64,000 nt of DNA from Kiritimatiellia bacterium (GTDB lineage Bacteria > Verrucomicrobiota > Kiritimatiellia > RFP12 > UBA1067): positions 523 through 64,522 of the forward strand of contig JAZOQU010000039.1 of the NCBI GenBank assembly GCA_045656225.1. The letters run 5' to 3'. The position numbers were made by a program, and so were the translations under genes. Under the pieces are notes generated by a model. The model did not search any database. It was not told where the DNA came from and was given only the letters and a program-made list of their open reading frames with translations. This document shows positions 54,597-64,000 of this stretch, piece after piece (within the stretch, counting starts at the first letter, position 1; every line of letters begins with the position of its first letter).

Positions 54597-55943
54597 ATGC
54601 AAGAGAATATCAAGCGAGAATACTTCGACCTTCTTCGCTTTGAGTCGATAGGGGCCGATCCCGCCAAGCTGAAGGAATGCGCTTCCTGCGCCGTCTGGCT
54701 CAAGAAGTGGCTTGAGGCGATCGATTTCGAGTGCGAACTTCTCATGGGTGACATAAAGGACGGTAAGGCCTCGCCTCCCGTTCTTTACGCTGAGAAGTTC
54801 GGGTGCGAAGGCTCTCCCACGGTCCTGATTTACGGGCATTACGATGTTCAGCCCGCCGATCCCATTTCCGAATGGAAGACACCGCCGTTTACGCCGACGG
54901 AGATTGACGGCCGCGTTTACTGCCGCGGCGCCGAGGACGACAAGGGTCAGTTTTTCGCGTTTCTCAACGGCGTAAAAGATTATCTGGCGACGAATCCCGT
55001 AAATGCTCCGACCATCAAGATCATTCTCGAAGGTCAGGAGGAATCCGGAAGTGAAGCTCTTATCGCCCTGGCCGATTCGATGAGAAAGCGTATCGCGGCG
55101 GATGTTCTTTTAGTGTGTGATACGTCCGCGGCCGCCGATCTTCGCCCGTCGATCGTCGCAGGGCTTCGCGGCGTAAGTCATTTTACCGTTCGACTTAAAG
55201 GGCCTTCGCGCGATCTTCATTCAGGAGCGTACGGCGGCATCGCGCCAAATCCGGCACAAGCCATCGCGGAAATAGTTTCGTCTCTTCATAATCCCGACGG
55301 TTCTATCGCGGTCGACGGCTTTTGCGACGGGATCGAGCGCCCGACCAGCGAGGAAATCGCCGCGGCCGAGGCCGGTGCGGACACCAGGGAAGCCTACGAG
55401 GCCAATATCGGATGCGAGGCGGTCGGAGGAGAGAAGGGCAAGAGCATCGTTGAGCGCAACTCGTTCGAGCCGACGATTGAAGTGAACGGCATTCACTCGG
55501 GGTATGCAGGTCCCGGCTCAAAGACGGTCATCCCGAGCGAAGCGTTCGCCAAGATTTCGATGCGCCTCGTGCCTGGCCAGTCGATACGCGCCGTGCGCGA
55601 CGCCGTCATCGCGCATCTGAAGGCGCACTGTCCGCGCGGTATGACGCTTTCTGTCGAGGATTACACTCTCGGCGCGGGAGGCTTTAGGCTGCCGCTCGCT
55701 TCGCCTCTTTTCCGTCTCGCTAGCGACGTTCTTTCCGAGATGGACGATCGCGGTGCCGTCTATCAGTGGGACGGCGCGTCGATTCCTGTTATAAGCGTTT
55801 TGAAGGAAGTCTCCGGAGCGGCGCCGTTGATCGTCGGCTGGGGGCAACCGGAAGATAAAATCCATTCGCCTAACGAAAGTTATTCGTTCGCCCAGTTCGA
55901 TAAGGCCCGCGAATGGGGTCGGAAGATTATTGCGGCATTCTGA
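54597..55943 (+). CDS. M20-family peptidase / dipeptidase
   Basis: VLIYGHYDVQPADP...W.TPPF.PTEIDGRVYCRGAEDDKGQ. The ORF is open from a TTG at 54579. Confidence 0.85.
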   Translation: MQENIKREYFDLLRFESIGADPAKLKECASCAVWLKKWLEAIDFECELLMGDIKDGKASPPVLYAEKFGCEGSPTVLIYGHYDVQPADPISEWKTPPFTPTEIDGRVYCRGAEDDKGQFFAFLNGVKDYLATNPVNAPTIKIILEGQEESGSEALIALADSMRKRIAADVLLVCDTSAAADLRPSIVAGLRGVSHFTVRLKGPSRDLHSGAYGGIAPNPAQAIAEIVSSLHNPDGSIAVDGFCDGIERPTSEEIAAAEAGADTREAYEANIGCEAVGGEKGKSIVERNSFEPTIEVNGIHSGYAGPGSKTVIPSEAFAKISMRLVPGQSIRAVRDAVIAHLKAHCPRGMTLSVEDYTLGAGGFRLPLASPLFRLASDVLSEMDDRGAVYQWDGASIPVISVLKEVSGAAPLIVGWGQPEDKIHSPNESYSFAQFDKAREWGRKIIAAF

Positions 55944-55967
55944 GCGGCAGAGAAGGGAGATTTGAAA

Positions 55968-57584
55968 ATGAAGCTTAATATTGATTCTATTGTGAACAAT
56001 GCCGGGTCGTGGACGAATGCGGGTGTGGAACTGCCTCAATTCGATATCGCCGCGATGCGCGCTCAGAGCGCCGTTAAGCCCGAGTGGGTCCATTTCGGAG
56101 CGGGCAACATCTTTCGCGGCTTCATCGGATCGATAGCCCAGAAGCTTCTCGACGAAGGAATTTCCAAAACCGGCATTATCGCGTGCGAGACGTTCGACTA
56201 CGACATCATCGACAAGATTTACAAGCCGTTCGACAACCTGACGCTCAATGTTCTGATGAACGCCGACGGAACGACCTCGCGCCGCGTCCTGGCAGGTATT
56301 GCCGAGGTGTTGAAGGCTGATTTTACGGATGACGTTTCTAAAGAGCGTCTTAAAGAGATTTTCCGCGCACCGTCGCTCAAGATGATTTCGTTCACGATCA
56401 CCGAGAAGGGGTATCAGCTCAAGCGCACCGACGGCTCGCTTCTCCCGGTCGTCGAATCCGATATGAATGAGGGTCCCTCCAAAGCGCGTCATGCGATGTC
56501 TATCGTAGCCGCGCTTCTTTTGGAGAGATTCAATTCGGGGGCGGCTCCCATAGCCGTCGTTTCTATGGACAACTGCTCGCATAACGGCGAAAAGCTTATG
56601 ACTGCGGTTCTCGCCGTCGCGACCGCATGGCGGGACAACGGATTTGTTTCCGACGCTTTTGTCGATTATATCTCCGACGACAGCCGCGTTTCGTTCCCGT
56701 GGACGATGATTGACAAGATTACGCCCCGCCCCCATCCCGCCGTCCGCGAATCGCTCGAGCGCGACGGGCTTGAGGAGATGGAAGGTGTCGTCACCTCCAA
56801 GTCCACGTTCATCGCGCCGTTCGTGAATGCCGAGCGCCCCGAGTATCTCGTCGTGGAAGACCGCTTTCCGAACGGACGTCCCGCGCTTGAAAAAGCGGGC
56901 GTTTATCTCACCGACCGAGAGACCGTAAATAAGACCGAGCGCATGAAGGTTACGACGTGTCTCAATCCTCTTCATACGGCGATGTCTGTCTACGGCTGCC
57001 TTTTAGGTTATACGCTTATCTGCAAGGAGATGGAGGATCCGGATATCGTCCGTCTCGTAAGGCGCTTAGGTTATATCGAGGGGCTTCCCGTTGTCACAGA
57101 TCCCGGAATTCTCTCGCCGAAAGCGTTTGTCGACGAGGTCGTCGAAGAGCGTCTGCCCAACAGGTTCATGCCCGACGATCCGCGCCGTATCGCGACCGAC
57201 ACTTCGCAGAAAGTCGGCATACGTTTCGGCGAGACGATAAAGAGCTATATCGTCTCAGGCAAGGATCTCAACGGACTTGTTTCGATTCCGCTCGCGCTCG
57301 CGGGCTGGATGCGGTATTTGCTCGCCGTGAACGACGCGGGCGAGGCGATTGAGGTAAGCCCCGATCCGCTCAAGGATGAAATGCAGTCTAAGCTTCAGGG
57401 TATCGTCTGGAACGATCCCGCGAGCTACTCGGGCCAGCTTAAACCGATTTTCGCGAACGCGTCCGTTTTCGGCGTCGACCTTACCGGCACCGTTCTTTTT
57501 GAGAAGATCGAAAAGTATTTTCTTGAATTGCTTAAAGGTCCGGGTGCGGTCCGCAGACTGCTGCACACGACTTTGGCGGACTGA
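55968..57584 (+). CDS. mannitol dehydrogenase family oxidoreductase
   Basis: N-terminal Rossmann motif WVHFGAGNIFRGFIG. Length and layout fit the family. Substrate cannot be called. Confidence 0.7.
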   Translation: MKLNIDSIVNNAGSWTNAGVELPQFDIAAMRAQSAVKPEWVHFGAGNIFRGFIGSIAQKLLDEGISKTGIIACETFDYDIIDKIYKPFDNLTLNVLMNADGTTSRRVLAGIAEVLKADFTDDVSKERLKEIFRAPSLKMISFTITEKGYQLKRTDGSLLPVVESDMNEGPSKARHAMSIVAALLLERFNSGAAPIAVVSMDNCSHNGEKLMTAVLAVATAWRDNGFVSDAFVDYISDDSRVSFPWTMIDKITPRPHPAVRESLERDGLEEMEGVVTSKSTFIAPFVNAERPEYLVVEDRFPNGRPALEKAGVYLTDRETVNKTERMKVTTCLNPLHTAMSVYGCLLGYTLICKEMEDPDIVRLVRRLGYIEGLPVVTDPGILSPKAFVDEVVEERLPNRFMPDDPRRIATDTSQKVGIRFGETIKSYIVSGKDLNGLVSIPLALAGWMRYLLAVNDAGEAIEVSPDPLKDEMQSKLQGIVWNDPASYSGQLKPIFANASVFGVDLTGTVLFEKIEKYFLELLKGPGAVRRLLHTTLAD

Positions 57585-57638
57585 ATTTCGGCCGAGTTTT
57601 ACCGCCGCATTCTGCTAAATGTGAGAAAGGAGTTCTTA

Positions 57639-58235
57639 ATGTCGGAAAACCGTTGGACGCGTCCTAAACTGATGGGCATGTCGGATTTTCGTGAATTCGT
57701 CGCCGAGGTCGAGTCGCGTGTCGGTGTTGAGAACGTTAAGCTTTTAGAGGATATCAACCGGGCGATGAACGGCGATCTGCCTCTGCCCGGCATTTTGGAT
57801 TTTTCCGGGGATAAGATTTCTGCGATTGTTTCATCTTCGGGTGTAGAGGAGAAAAAGTTCCGTTCGTATCTGTCTTTTCTGCATGAAATCGAATATCGCA
57901 AAAAGAACGGGCCCGCACTTTGGGAGCGCAGACGCGCGGTTGTGCCTTGTCCCGATTGTTTGCCGCCCACAAAGTGGCAGATACGGAGCGGCAGACTGCC
58001 TCTGTTCAACGTGATTACCAGAATTTGGAACATTTCGCTTGTAGTGGTCGTTGCAGGGGTGATTCCCTTTATGATTGTCCCTCTGTCGAAGTTTGTTTCG
58101 ATCGGTTTTGGGATTGAAGGGTCCGCCAATGTCAAGCTTTCGATGTTCTCTGTCGCGGGTTTTATCGGTTGGAGTGTTTCCGCAGCCGTATTTTTAGCCG
58201 CATTCTCAATCGCACGTGCCATACGTAAGGCGTGA
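57639..58235 (+). CDS. hypothetical membrane protein
   Basis: AAGGAG RBS. C-terminal TM helices. No family recognised. Confidence 0.5.
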   Translation: MSENRWTRPKLMGMSDFREFVAEVESRVGVENVKLLEDINRAMNGDLPLPGILDFSGDKISAIVSSSGVEEKKFRSYLSFLHEIEYRKKNGPALWERRRAVVPCPDCLPPTKWQIRSGRLPLFNVITRIWNISLVVVVAGVIPFMIVPLSKFVSIGFGIEGSANVKLSMFSVAGFIGWSVSAAVFLAAFSIARAIRKA

Positions 58236-58326
58236 CGGGGCGGTTGACAACCTGTAGATAAATGTAATGTAACTGTAGACAACTTGCCGGCGTTTTTATG
58301 CTTTTGTTTTGTTATACTTTTACATC

Positions 58327-59823
58327 ATGGACAATATAAAAACGCCACCGAATAATACTGAAGCCGAACGAGCCGTTTTAGGCTCCGTCCTTATCGACAC
58401 TACCGGTCGCGGCGATGATCGCATTATGGATTTGTGTCTTACATCCGGCATTTCCGCAGAGTCGTTCTACGATCCCAGAAATAGGACGATCTATTCGGCA
58501 ATGCTCACGTTAAACCGTCTTGGCAAGCCGCTTGATGCGCTTGTTTTAATAGAAAATTTAAGGGTCGACGGTAAACTTGAAAGCGTCGGAGGCGTTGGTT
58601 ATATACAGTCTCTCATAGATCAGACGCCGACGACGGCGCACGCGGAGCACTACATTGGCATCATTCGGGCGAAGCATTTGCGCCGTCTGATGATCGAGCG
58701 CGCGACGAAGGTTGTGGAGAAATGTTACGATGAAGCCGACTGGCCGGATCCGCAGGCCGTTCTCGGCGAGGCTGAGAAGGCTTTTCTCGAAATCGGCGTC
58801 AGCGGTGACGGTACAATGCCGTGGGCGACCGCGATCGATCAGAGTTTTGAGCGTTTGAACGACATGTTCAAGTCTAACGGCTCGACTTTCGAGGGTCTTT
58901 CCACCGGACTTACCCACTTAGACGAGAAGCTGCAAGGCCTAAAAAAGGCGGAAATGATTGTAATCGCGGCGCGTCCTTCAGTCGGCAAGACGTCGCTCGC
59001 GATGAATATCGCCGAGAGCTGCGCGCTCGGGCTTGACATGAACAATGTTCCCGTAAAGACAGACGGCGGCAAGCGTCATCCGGTAATGATTTTCTCTCTC
59101 GAAATGCCGGTTGAGGCGTTGACCCGCCGTATGATAGCCGGTCGCGCCAATATCAATACGTGGAGATTGAACCGCAATCTCTGCTCTAAGAGCGAAAAAC
59201 AGGCGTTGATGCAGAATCTTTTTCAGGCGGCGGGCGACTTGAAGGATGCTCCCATTTATGTCGACGATGCGGCGGGTCTTGATGTTATGGATCTGCGTGC
59301 CCGCGCTCGCCGTGCAAAAAAGCAGTACGGTATCGAGCTTATCGTGATTGACTACCTCCAGCTCTGCACGTGCCGCGAGGCGGCGCGCCAGGGCAGCCGT
59401 CAGATCGAGGTCGGTATGATTTCCCAGCAGATCAAGGCGATGGCCAAGGAGCTTAAGATTCCCGTCATAGTTCTTTCGCAGCTTTCGCGTGCGAACGAAC
59501 AGCGTGGCGATAAGTTTGAACGCCCGAAGCTTTCCGATTTGCGCGATTCCGGCGCCATTGAACAGGATGCCGACGTTGTGTTTCTTCTCAGGCGTCCTTC
59601 GCGCAACGCGGCCGACCCCGAGTCCAACGACGAGACGCTCGCGATTATCGACGTCGCTAAAAACCGCAACGGCGAAACGGGGGAGGTGCGCGTCAACTTC
59701 GTGCGCGAATATACCCGCTTTTTCGATCGCGAGATACCCCGAAGCGAAGAATCGAATTTTCAGACGTCCGAACCTCCGCCGGAGCAGATATCCCAAGAAT
59801 ACTTCGATGATCCGAATATGTGA
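58327..59823 (+). CDS. dnaB: replicative DNA helicase
   Basis: PPNNTEAERAVLGSVLID N-domain. Walker A ARPSVGKTS. LSQLSR and RDSGAIEQDADVV motifs. Confidence 0.95.
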   Translation: MDNIKTPPNNTEAERAVLGSVLIDTTGRGDDRIMDLCLTSGISAESFYDPRNRTIYSAMLTLNRLGKPLDALVLIENLRVDGKLESVGGVGYIQSLIDQTPTTAHAEHYIGIIRAKHLRRLMIERATKVVEKCYDEADWPDPQAVLGEAEKAFLEIGVSGDGTMPWATAIDQSFERLNDMFKSNGSTFEGLSTGLTHLDEKLQGLKKAEMIVIAARPSVGKTSLAMNIAESCALGLDMNNVPVKTDGGKRHPVMIFSLEMPVEALTRRMIAGRANINTWRLNRNLCSKSEKQALMQNLFQAAGDLKDAPIYVDDAAGLDVMDLRARARRAKKQYGIELIVIDYLQLCTCREAARQGSRQIEVGMISQQIKAMAKELKIPVIVLSQLSRANEQRGDKFERPKLSDLRDSGAIEQDADVVFLLRRPSRNAADPESNDETLAIIDVAKNRNGETGEVRVNFVREYTRFFDREIPRSEESNFQTSEPPPEQISQEYFDDPNM

Positions 59824-59879
59824 GCGAAGAGGGAGATTTTCCACGCGTCATTCTTTTTTTGCTATAATATTAAGCAATT

Positions 59880-60383
59880 ATGGCAGAGAAAATCGCAGTA
59901 TATCCCGGCACATTTGACCCTATGACGAAGGGTCACTTCGATCTTATCGTTCGTGGGGCCAAACTCTACGACAAGCTCATTGTCGCCGTTGCGGCCACAA
60001 GTACGAAAGATAAGGCTATGTTTTCGGGTGAAGAGCGGCTCGAAATGATCCGTGAAGATGCCGAAAAGGCCGGTTTGGACAATGTTGAAGTTAAGATTCT
60101 CGACACTCTTCTCGTTGATTTCTGCCGTCGCGAGGGGGCGCGCGTCGTGCTGCGCGGCGTGAGAGTCTACAGCGATTTCGAATACGAGTTCCAGATGGCG
60201 CTCATCAACAGGCGCATGGCTCCGGAAATTGAGACTCTCTTCATGATGCCGAGCGAGAATCTCGCGTATGTGACGGCGTCCACCGTCCGCGAAATAGCCA
60301 GCTACGGCGGCGATACGGCTCCTTTTGTGACGGATGTCGTTCAAGCCAATTTAGAAAAAAGAAAATCCCATGGAAAGGCGTAA
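59880..60383 (+). CDS. coaD: phosphopantetheine adenylyltransferase
   Basis: IAVYPGTFDPMTKGHFDLI. Confidence 0.93.
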   Translation: MAEKIAVYPGTFDPMTKGHFDLIVRGAKLYDKLIVAVAATSTKDKAMFSGEERLEMIREDAEKAGLDNVEVKILDTLLVDFCRREGARVVLRGVRVYSDFEYEFQMALINRRMAPEIETLFMMPSENLAYVTASTVREIASYGGDTAPFVTDVVQANLEKRKSHGKA

Positions 60384-60390
60384 GAATTAA

Positions 60391-61560
60391 ATGAAAATTA
60401 GAGACGATATCAGGTACGTCGGCGTAAACGATCACGAGGTTGACCTTTTTGAAGGTCAGTATGTCGTTCCGCGCGGTATGGCCTATAACTCCTATCTCAT
60501 CGTTGACGAAAAGAAGGCCGTTCTCGATACGGTCGACGCGAATTTCGGCGAGGAGTGGCTTAAGAATATCGAAGACGCCGCCAAAGGCGCCAAAATCGAC
60601 TATCTCGTCGTTCATCACATGGAGCCCGATCACTCCGCGAATATCGCGAAGTTCGCCGAGCGCTATCCCGAGTCTCTGATTGTCTCGAGCGCCCAGGCTT
60701 TCACTATGATGAAGAACTTCTTCGGTGACGATTTCGCTTCGCGCCGCATCGTCGTCAAGGAGGGCGATACGCTTTCGACGGGCCGCCACAACCTCGCGTT
60801 CGTCGCGGCTCCCATGGTTCATTGGCCCGAGGTGATGGTCAGTTACGATACGACCGAGAAGATTCTCTTTTCCGCCGACGGTTTCGGCAAGTTCGGCGCA
60901 AACGACGTCGAGGATCCCGAGGGCTGGGACTGCGAGGCGCGCCGTTACTACATCGGCATCGTCGGAAAGTACGGTCCTCAGACTCAGGCGCTTCTTAAAA
61001 AGGCGGCAGGTCTCGAGATAAAGACGATCTGTCCTCTGCACGGCCCCGTTCTTTCGACGCCCGAGGAAATCGCGAACGCCGTCACCAAGTACGATATCTG
61101 GTCGAGCTACCGCGTCGAATCGCCCGGAGTGCTCGTCGCTTATACTTCCGTCTACGGCAATACGAAGGCCGCAGCGCTCAAGCTCGTCGAGATTCTGAAG
61201 GCGAAGGGCTGCCCCAAGGTCGCCGTCGCAGATCTTGCGCGCGACGATCAGCCCGAGGCCGTCGAGGACGCGTTCCGCTACGGTAAGCTCGTTCTTGCGA
61301 CGACGACGTACAACGCGACGATCTTCCCGTGGATGCGCCACTTTATCGATCATCTCACCGAGCGCAACTACCAGTCGCGCAAGGTCGGTTTCATCGAGAA
61401 CGGCTCCTGGGCGCCGATGGCCGCGAAGGTCATGAAGAAGATGTTCGAAAATTCGAAGGATATAGCTTTCTGCGATACGGTCGTCACCGTAAAGGGTGCG
61501 CTTAATTCCGAGAGCGAAGCGTCCCTTGAAAAACTCGCCGACGAGATTCTCGCCGACTAA
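60391..61560 (+). CDS. flavodiiron (FprA-type) protein: MBL-like plus flavodoxin domains
   Basis: VVHHMEPDHS di-iron motif. C-terminal flavodoxin-like segment (VLVAYTSVYGNT). Confidence 0.85.
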   Translation: MKIRDDIRYVGVNDHEVDLFEGQYVVPRGMAYNSYLIVDEKKAVLDTVDANFGEEWLKNIEDAAKGAKIDYLVVHHMEPDHSANIAKFAERYPESLIVSSAQAFTMMKNFFGDDFASRRIVVKEGDTLSTGRHNLAFVAAPMVHWPEVMVSYDTTEKILFSADGFGKFGANDVEDPEGWDCEARRYYIGIVGKYGPQTQALLKKAAGLEIKTICPLHGPVLSTPEEIANAVTKYDIWSSYRVESPGVLVAYTSVYGNTKAAALKLVEILKAKGCPKVAVADLARDDQPEAVEDAFRYGKLVLATTTYNATIFPWMRHFIDHLTERNYQSRKVGFIENGSWAPMAAKVMKKMFENSKDIAFCDTVVTVKGALNSESEASLEKLADEILAD

Positions 61561-61575
61561 GGTTAAGAGGTTGAT

Positions 61576-62766
61576 TTGAAAGAACGTATCGCCAGACACG
61601 TGGTTGAACTCCCAAAGAGCGGGATTCGCAAATTCTTCGACATTGTAGCACAGTCGAAGGATGTCATTTCGCTCGGTGTAGGAGAGCCCGACTTTGATAC
61701 GCCCTGGCATATTTCGCGCGCGGCGGTTACGTGTCTTGAGGACGGGGGGACTCACTATACGTCCAACTTAGGTACGCCTAAGCTCCGTCAGGCGATCGTG
61801 CGGTATTTCAAACGCCGGTTCAATACCGATTACGCGTGGGATAAAGAGGTTCTCGTTACGGTCGGCGTTTCCGAGGCGATTGATCTCGCGATCCGTGCGC
61901 TCTGTTCACCCGGCGACGAGGTCATGTTTCATGAGCCGTGTTTCGTGAGTTACGCCGCGACCGTGCGCCTTGCGCATGCCGTTCCCGTAGCTGTTCCTAC
62001 TTGCGTCGAGAATGCCTTCCGGCTTACAGTTGAAGAACTTGAGAAATATGTGACGCCTAAAACAAAGGCGCTGCTGCTTAATTTCCCGTGCAATCCGACG
62101 GGCGCTACCTTGAGCCGCGCCGAGATGGCGGATATTCTCGATTTCTGCGAGCGCCACGATATTATTTTGATTTCCGATGAAGTTTATACCGAGCTTAACT
62201 ATGAGATCGAAGACGGAGCCGAAGAGGTGGTCTTGGATTCGTTCGGTTCGTTTGAGCGGTACCGCGACAGAGTTCTTGTTTTGAACGGCTTTTCGAAGAG
62301 CTGGGCGATGACGGGGTACCGTCTCGGTTTCGCGTGCGGGCCCGAGGATGTCATCGGCGCGATGATGAAGATTCACCAGTACGGGATCATGTCGGCTCCG
62401 ACGCTCGCGCAGGCCGCGGGAGTCGAGGCGCTCGATTTCGGTGATAAGGATATCGCGCGTATGCGCGGAGAATACAAGAAGCGCCGCGATTATCTCGTGA
62501 ACGCTCTTAATTCCATGGGGCTTAAGACGCTTATGCCGAAGGGCGCGTTCTATCTGTTCGTCGATATCCGTTCAACCGGCATGACGAGCGAGGATTTTAC
62601 AATGCGTCTTCTGAAGGATTTCGGCGTGGCGTGTGTTCCCGGCTCCGCATTCGGAGCTTCGGGCGAGGGGTTTGTGAGAATGAGTTACGCAACGAGTCTT
62701 GAGAATATCAAGCTCGCCGCGGAACGAATCGCCGGAATGATGCGGGAAGGAGGTTTTTCGGGATGA
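61576..62766 (+). CDS. class I/II PLP-dependent aminotransferase
   Basis: LGVGEPDFDTP and NGFSKSWAMTGYRLGF (PLP Lys context). TTG start. Confidence 0.88.
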   Translation: MKERIARHVVELPKSGIRKFFDIVAQSKDVISLGVGEPDFDTPWHISRAAVTCLEDGGTHYTSNLGTPKLRQAIVRYFKRRFNTDYAWDKEVLVTVGVSEAIDLAIRALCSPGDEVMFHEPCFVSYAATVRLAHAVPVAVPTCVENAFRLTVEELEKYVTPKTKALLLNFPCNPTGATLSRAEMADILDFCERHDIILISDEVYTELNYEIEDGAEEVVLDSFGSFERYRDRVLVLNGFSKSWAMTGYRLGFACGPEDVIGAMMKIHQYGIMSAPTLAQAAGVEALDFGDKDIARMRGEYKKRRDYLVNALNSMGLKTLMPKGAFYLFVDIRSTGMTSEDFTMRLLKDFGVACVPGSAFGASGEGFVRMSYATSLENIKLAAERIAGMMREGGFSG

Positions 62767-63353
62767 ATATAAATGACAGTTCCGAGATAAAAATGAACTG
62801 GACCTTCGCCTTAGTCGTGAGCGTTGTTGTTCATGTTGTCGGACTCGGTCTTTTTATGTTGTGTTCAGATTCGCCTAAGCAAGTCGATGACTCCGAGGCG
62901 CAAGAGGAGGTAAGCCCCCATACTTCGAGAAATACGGATGACGGAAATTTAGAGCCGGTTAGCGATACAGCTCAGACCTCTATTCCAACCGCGACACCTG
63001 TAAATAGAACCTCGACGCAGGCACCCGCGCCCGCACCGCGTACGACCCGGCCGCGTACGGCGACGCGCGTTCCAGCCGCATCGACGGCGGGTTCGTCGTC
63101 TCATCTTCCGGCGACTTCCGCATCAGGAGCTTCAAGTCGGGCGGCAGATACGGGCGCTTCCGCTCCCCGTTCTGTTGCATCAACCCTGGCGGCAAAGACG
63201 ATTGTGTATGAAGTGAAGCCGGGTGATAATCTTGCTAAAATCGCCCAGAAGCATAAATGCACAAAAACTGAAATTATAAAGCTCAACAAAATAAACAATC
63301 CGAACAGGATATCTGTGGGACGTAAACTTAAAATCCCCGCTCCTGTCGAATGA
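62763..63353 (+). CDS. membrane-anchored LysM domain protein
   Basis: N-terminal TM helix, Pro/Ser/Thr/Ala-rich linker, and C-terminal LysM domain (YEVKPGDNLAKIAQKHKCTKTEIIKLNKINNPNRISVGRKLKIP). Confidence 0.8.
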   Translation: MNINDSSEIKMNWTFALVVSVVVHVVGLGLFMLCSDSPKQVDDSEAQEEVSPHTSRNTDDGNLEPVSDTAQTSIPTATPVNRTSTQAPAPAPRTTRPRTATRVPAASTAGSSSHLPATSASGASSRAADTGASAPRSVASTLAAKTIVYEVKPGDNLAKIAQKHKCTKTEIIKLNKINNPNRISVGRKLKIPAPVE

Positions 63354-63368
63354 GTTTAAAGTAATCCT

Positions 63369-63845
63369 ATGTCGTGCGAGATCGTTATTGATGGGTGTCT
63401 GCCGCGTTCCGTCGCTATTTCCAAAGCGTCTCTCAAGGCGGCGGCTGGATATTTCGCGTCGCGCTCGTCCAAACGGATCGGAATTCCCTTTCATTCCGTC
63501 ACGGTCATTCTTCAGGATGATGCCGCTTCAGACGAGGTGCATCGCGGGATAATGGGCGTCGAGGGCGCGACCGACGTTATAACCCAGGCATACGAGGCGA
63601 TGCCGCCGGAGCCCGAAGGGATTTACGGCGAACTTTACGTCAACGTTGATCAAGCGCTCAGATTTTCAAACGTCGCCAGAAACTGGTCGGCGCAGAAGGA
63701 GCTTCTTCTTTATATCGCGCACGGGATGGATCATCTTTCCGGGGCCGACGATTTTGAATCTGCCGATAGGGCGCGTATGCGCAGGCGCGAGCTTAAGTGG
63801 ATGAGGGATTACGCACGCGCGGATGCGGGAAAGGACCGGAGGTGA
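63369..63845 (+). CDS. ybeY: YbeY-like rRNA maturation endoribonuclease
   Basis: ATDVITQAY and IAHGMDHLSGADD align to the YbeY TDVLSF and HGxLHLxGYDH motifs. Asp replaces the third His. Confidence 0.65.
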   Translation: MSCEIVIDGCLPRSVAISKASLKAAAGYFASRSSKRIGIPFHSVTVILQDDAASDEVHRGIMGVEGATDVITQAYEAMPPEPEGIYGELYVNVDQALRFSNVARNWSAQKELLLYIAHGMDHLSGADDFESADRARMRRRELKWMRDYARADAGKDRR

Positions 63846-63847
63846 GG

Positions 63848-64000
63848 ATGAAATTTAAAATTCTTTTGGCGGCACTCGCCTTGTCTTTTACATCTGTCTC
63901 TTCAGCCGGGGATGAATACGATCATGTTGATTACGATTTCGAGCGGTGGTATGTAGGGTCGCGTGCGGTAGCGGTGATTCCGCAGGGCGGCGGCGGAATG
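63848..64000 (+). CDS. secreted / outer-membrane-like protein, 5' fragment (runs off the window)
   Basis: MKFKILLAALALSFTSVSSA signal peptide. The ORF is open to the window end. Confidence 0.45.
   Translation, partial: MKFKILLAALALSFTSVSSAGDEYDHVDYDFERWYVGSRAVAVIPQGGGGM

Noticed and set aside
58245-58275. DnaA-box-like sequence (TTATCTACA on the minus strand) and a CTGTAGA direct repeat upstream of dnaB, as a possible origin.
   Set aside because: There is only one 8/9 match, no cluster of boxes and no AT-rich unwinding element. It more likely belongs to an ordinary TTGACA promoter region.

Overview
The window holds two blocks of ordinary housekeeping and glycan-degradation genes, all on the + strand. 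They flank a roughly 19 kb, visibly more AT-rich accessory island at about 25.06-44.37 kb.

Core left: a 1605-aa secreted beta-helix protein, rpsL-rpsG, a sialate O-acetylesterase, nfo, panC, a pyrimidine-nucleoside phosphorylase, a pseudopilin-GH2 fusion, comEC, dnaK, groES-groEL, a DUF2961/GH172 protein, a TAT-exported FAD oxidoreductase, and rpsB-tsf.

Core right: small membrane proteins, a sulfatase, an N-acetyltransferase, a parvulin, a TrmH methyltransferase, a VWA protein, two EEP phosphoesterases, an M20 peptidase, a mannitol-dehydrogenase-family protein, dnaB, coaD, a flavodiiron protein, an aminotransferase, a LysM protein and ybeY.

The gene content (PEP-CTERM proteins, GspG-like fusions, sulfatases, autotransporter-repeat proteins) suggests a PVC-superphylum organism, Lentisphaerota- or Kiritimatiellota-like. 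This is inference only.

The island is quasi-palindromic and is bracketed by 128-bp inverted repeats with 4 mismatches. It carries Phd-ParE, AbiEi-AbiEii, two DUF3800 paralogs and a DUF3791 pair.

The most interesting part is two diverged, oppositely oriented 5-gene cassettes of unknown function. One copy is complete. The other lacks its promoter, start codon and signal peptide. They share an inverted repeat inside the first gene, and a tyrosine-recombinase-like gene sits beside the truncated copy. I interpret this as a candidate invertible, shufflon-like expression switch.

The island also contains island-specific structured repeats with compensatory stem changes: four roughly 450-bp hairpin-mosaic elements and four roughly 230-nt candidate ncRNA elements.

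No rRNA, tRNA or CRISPR array was found.
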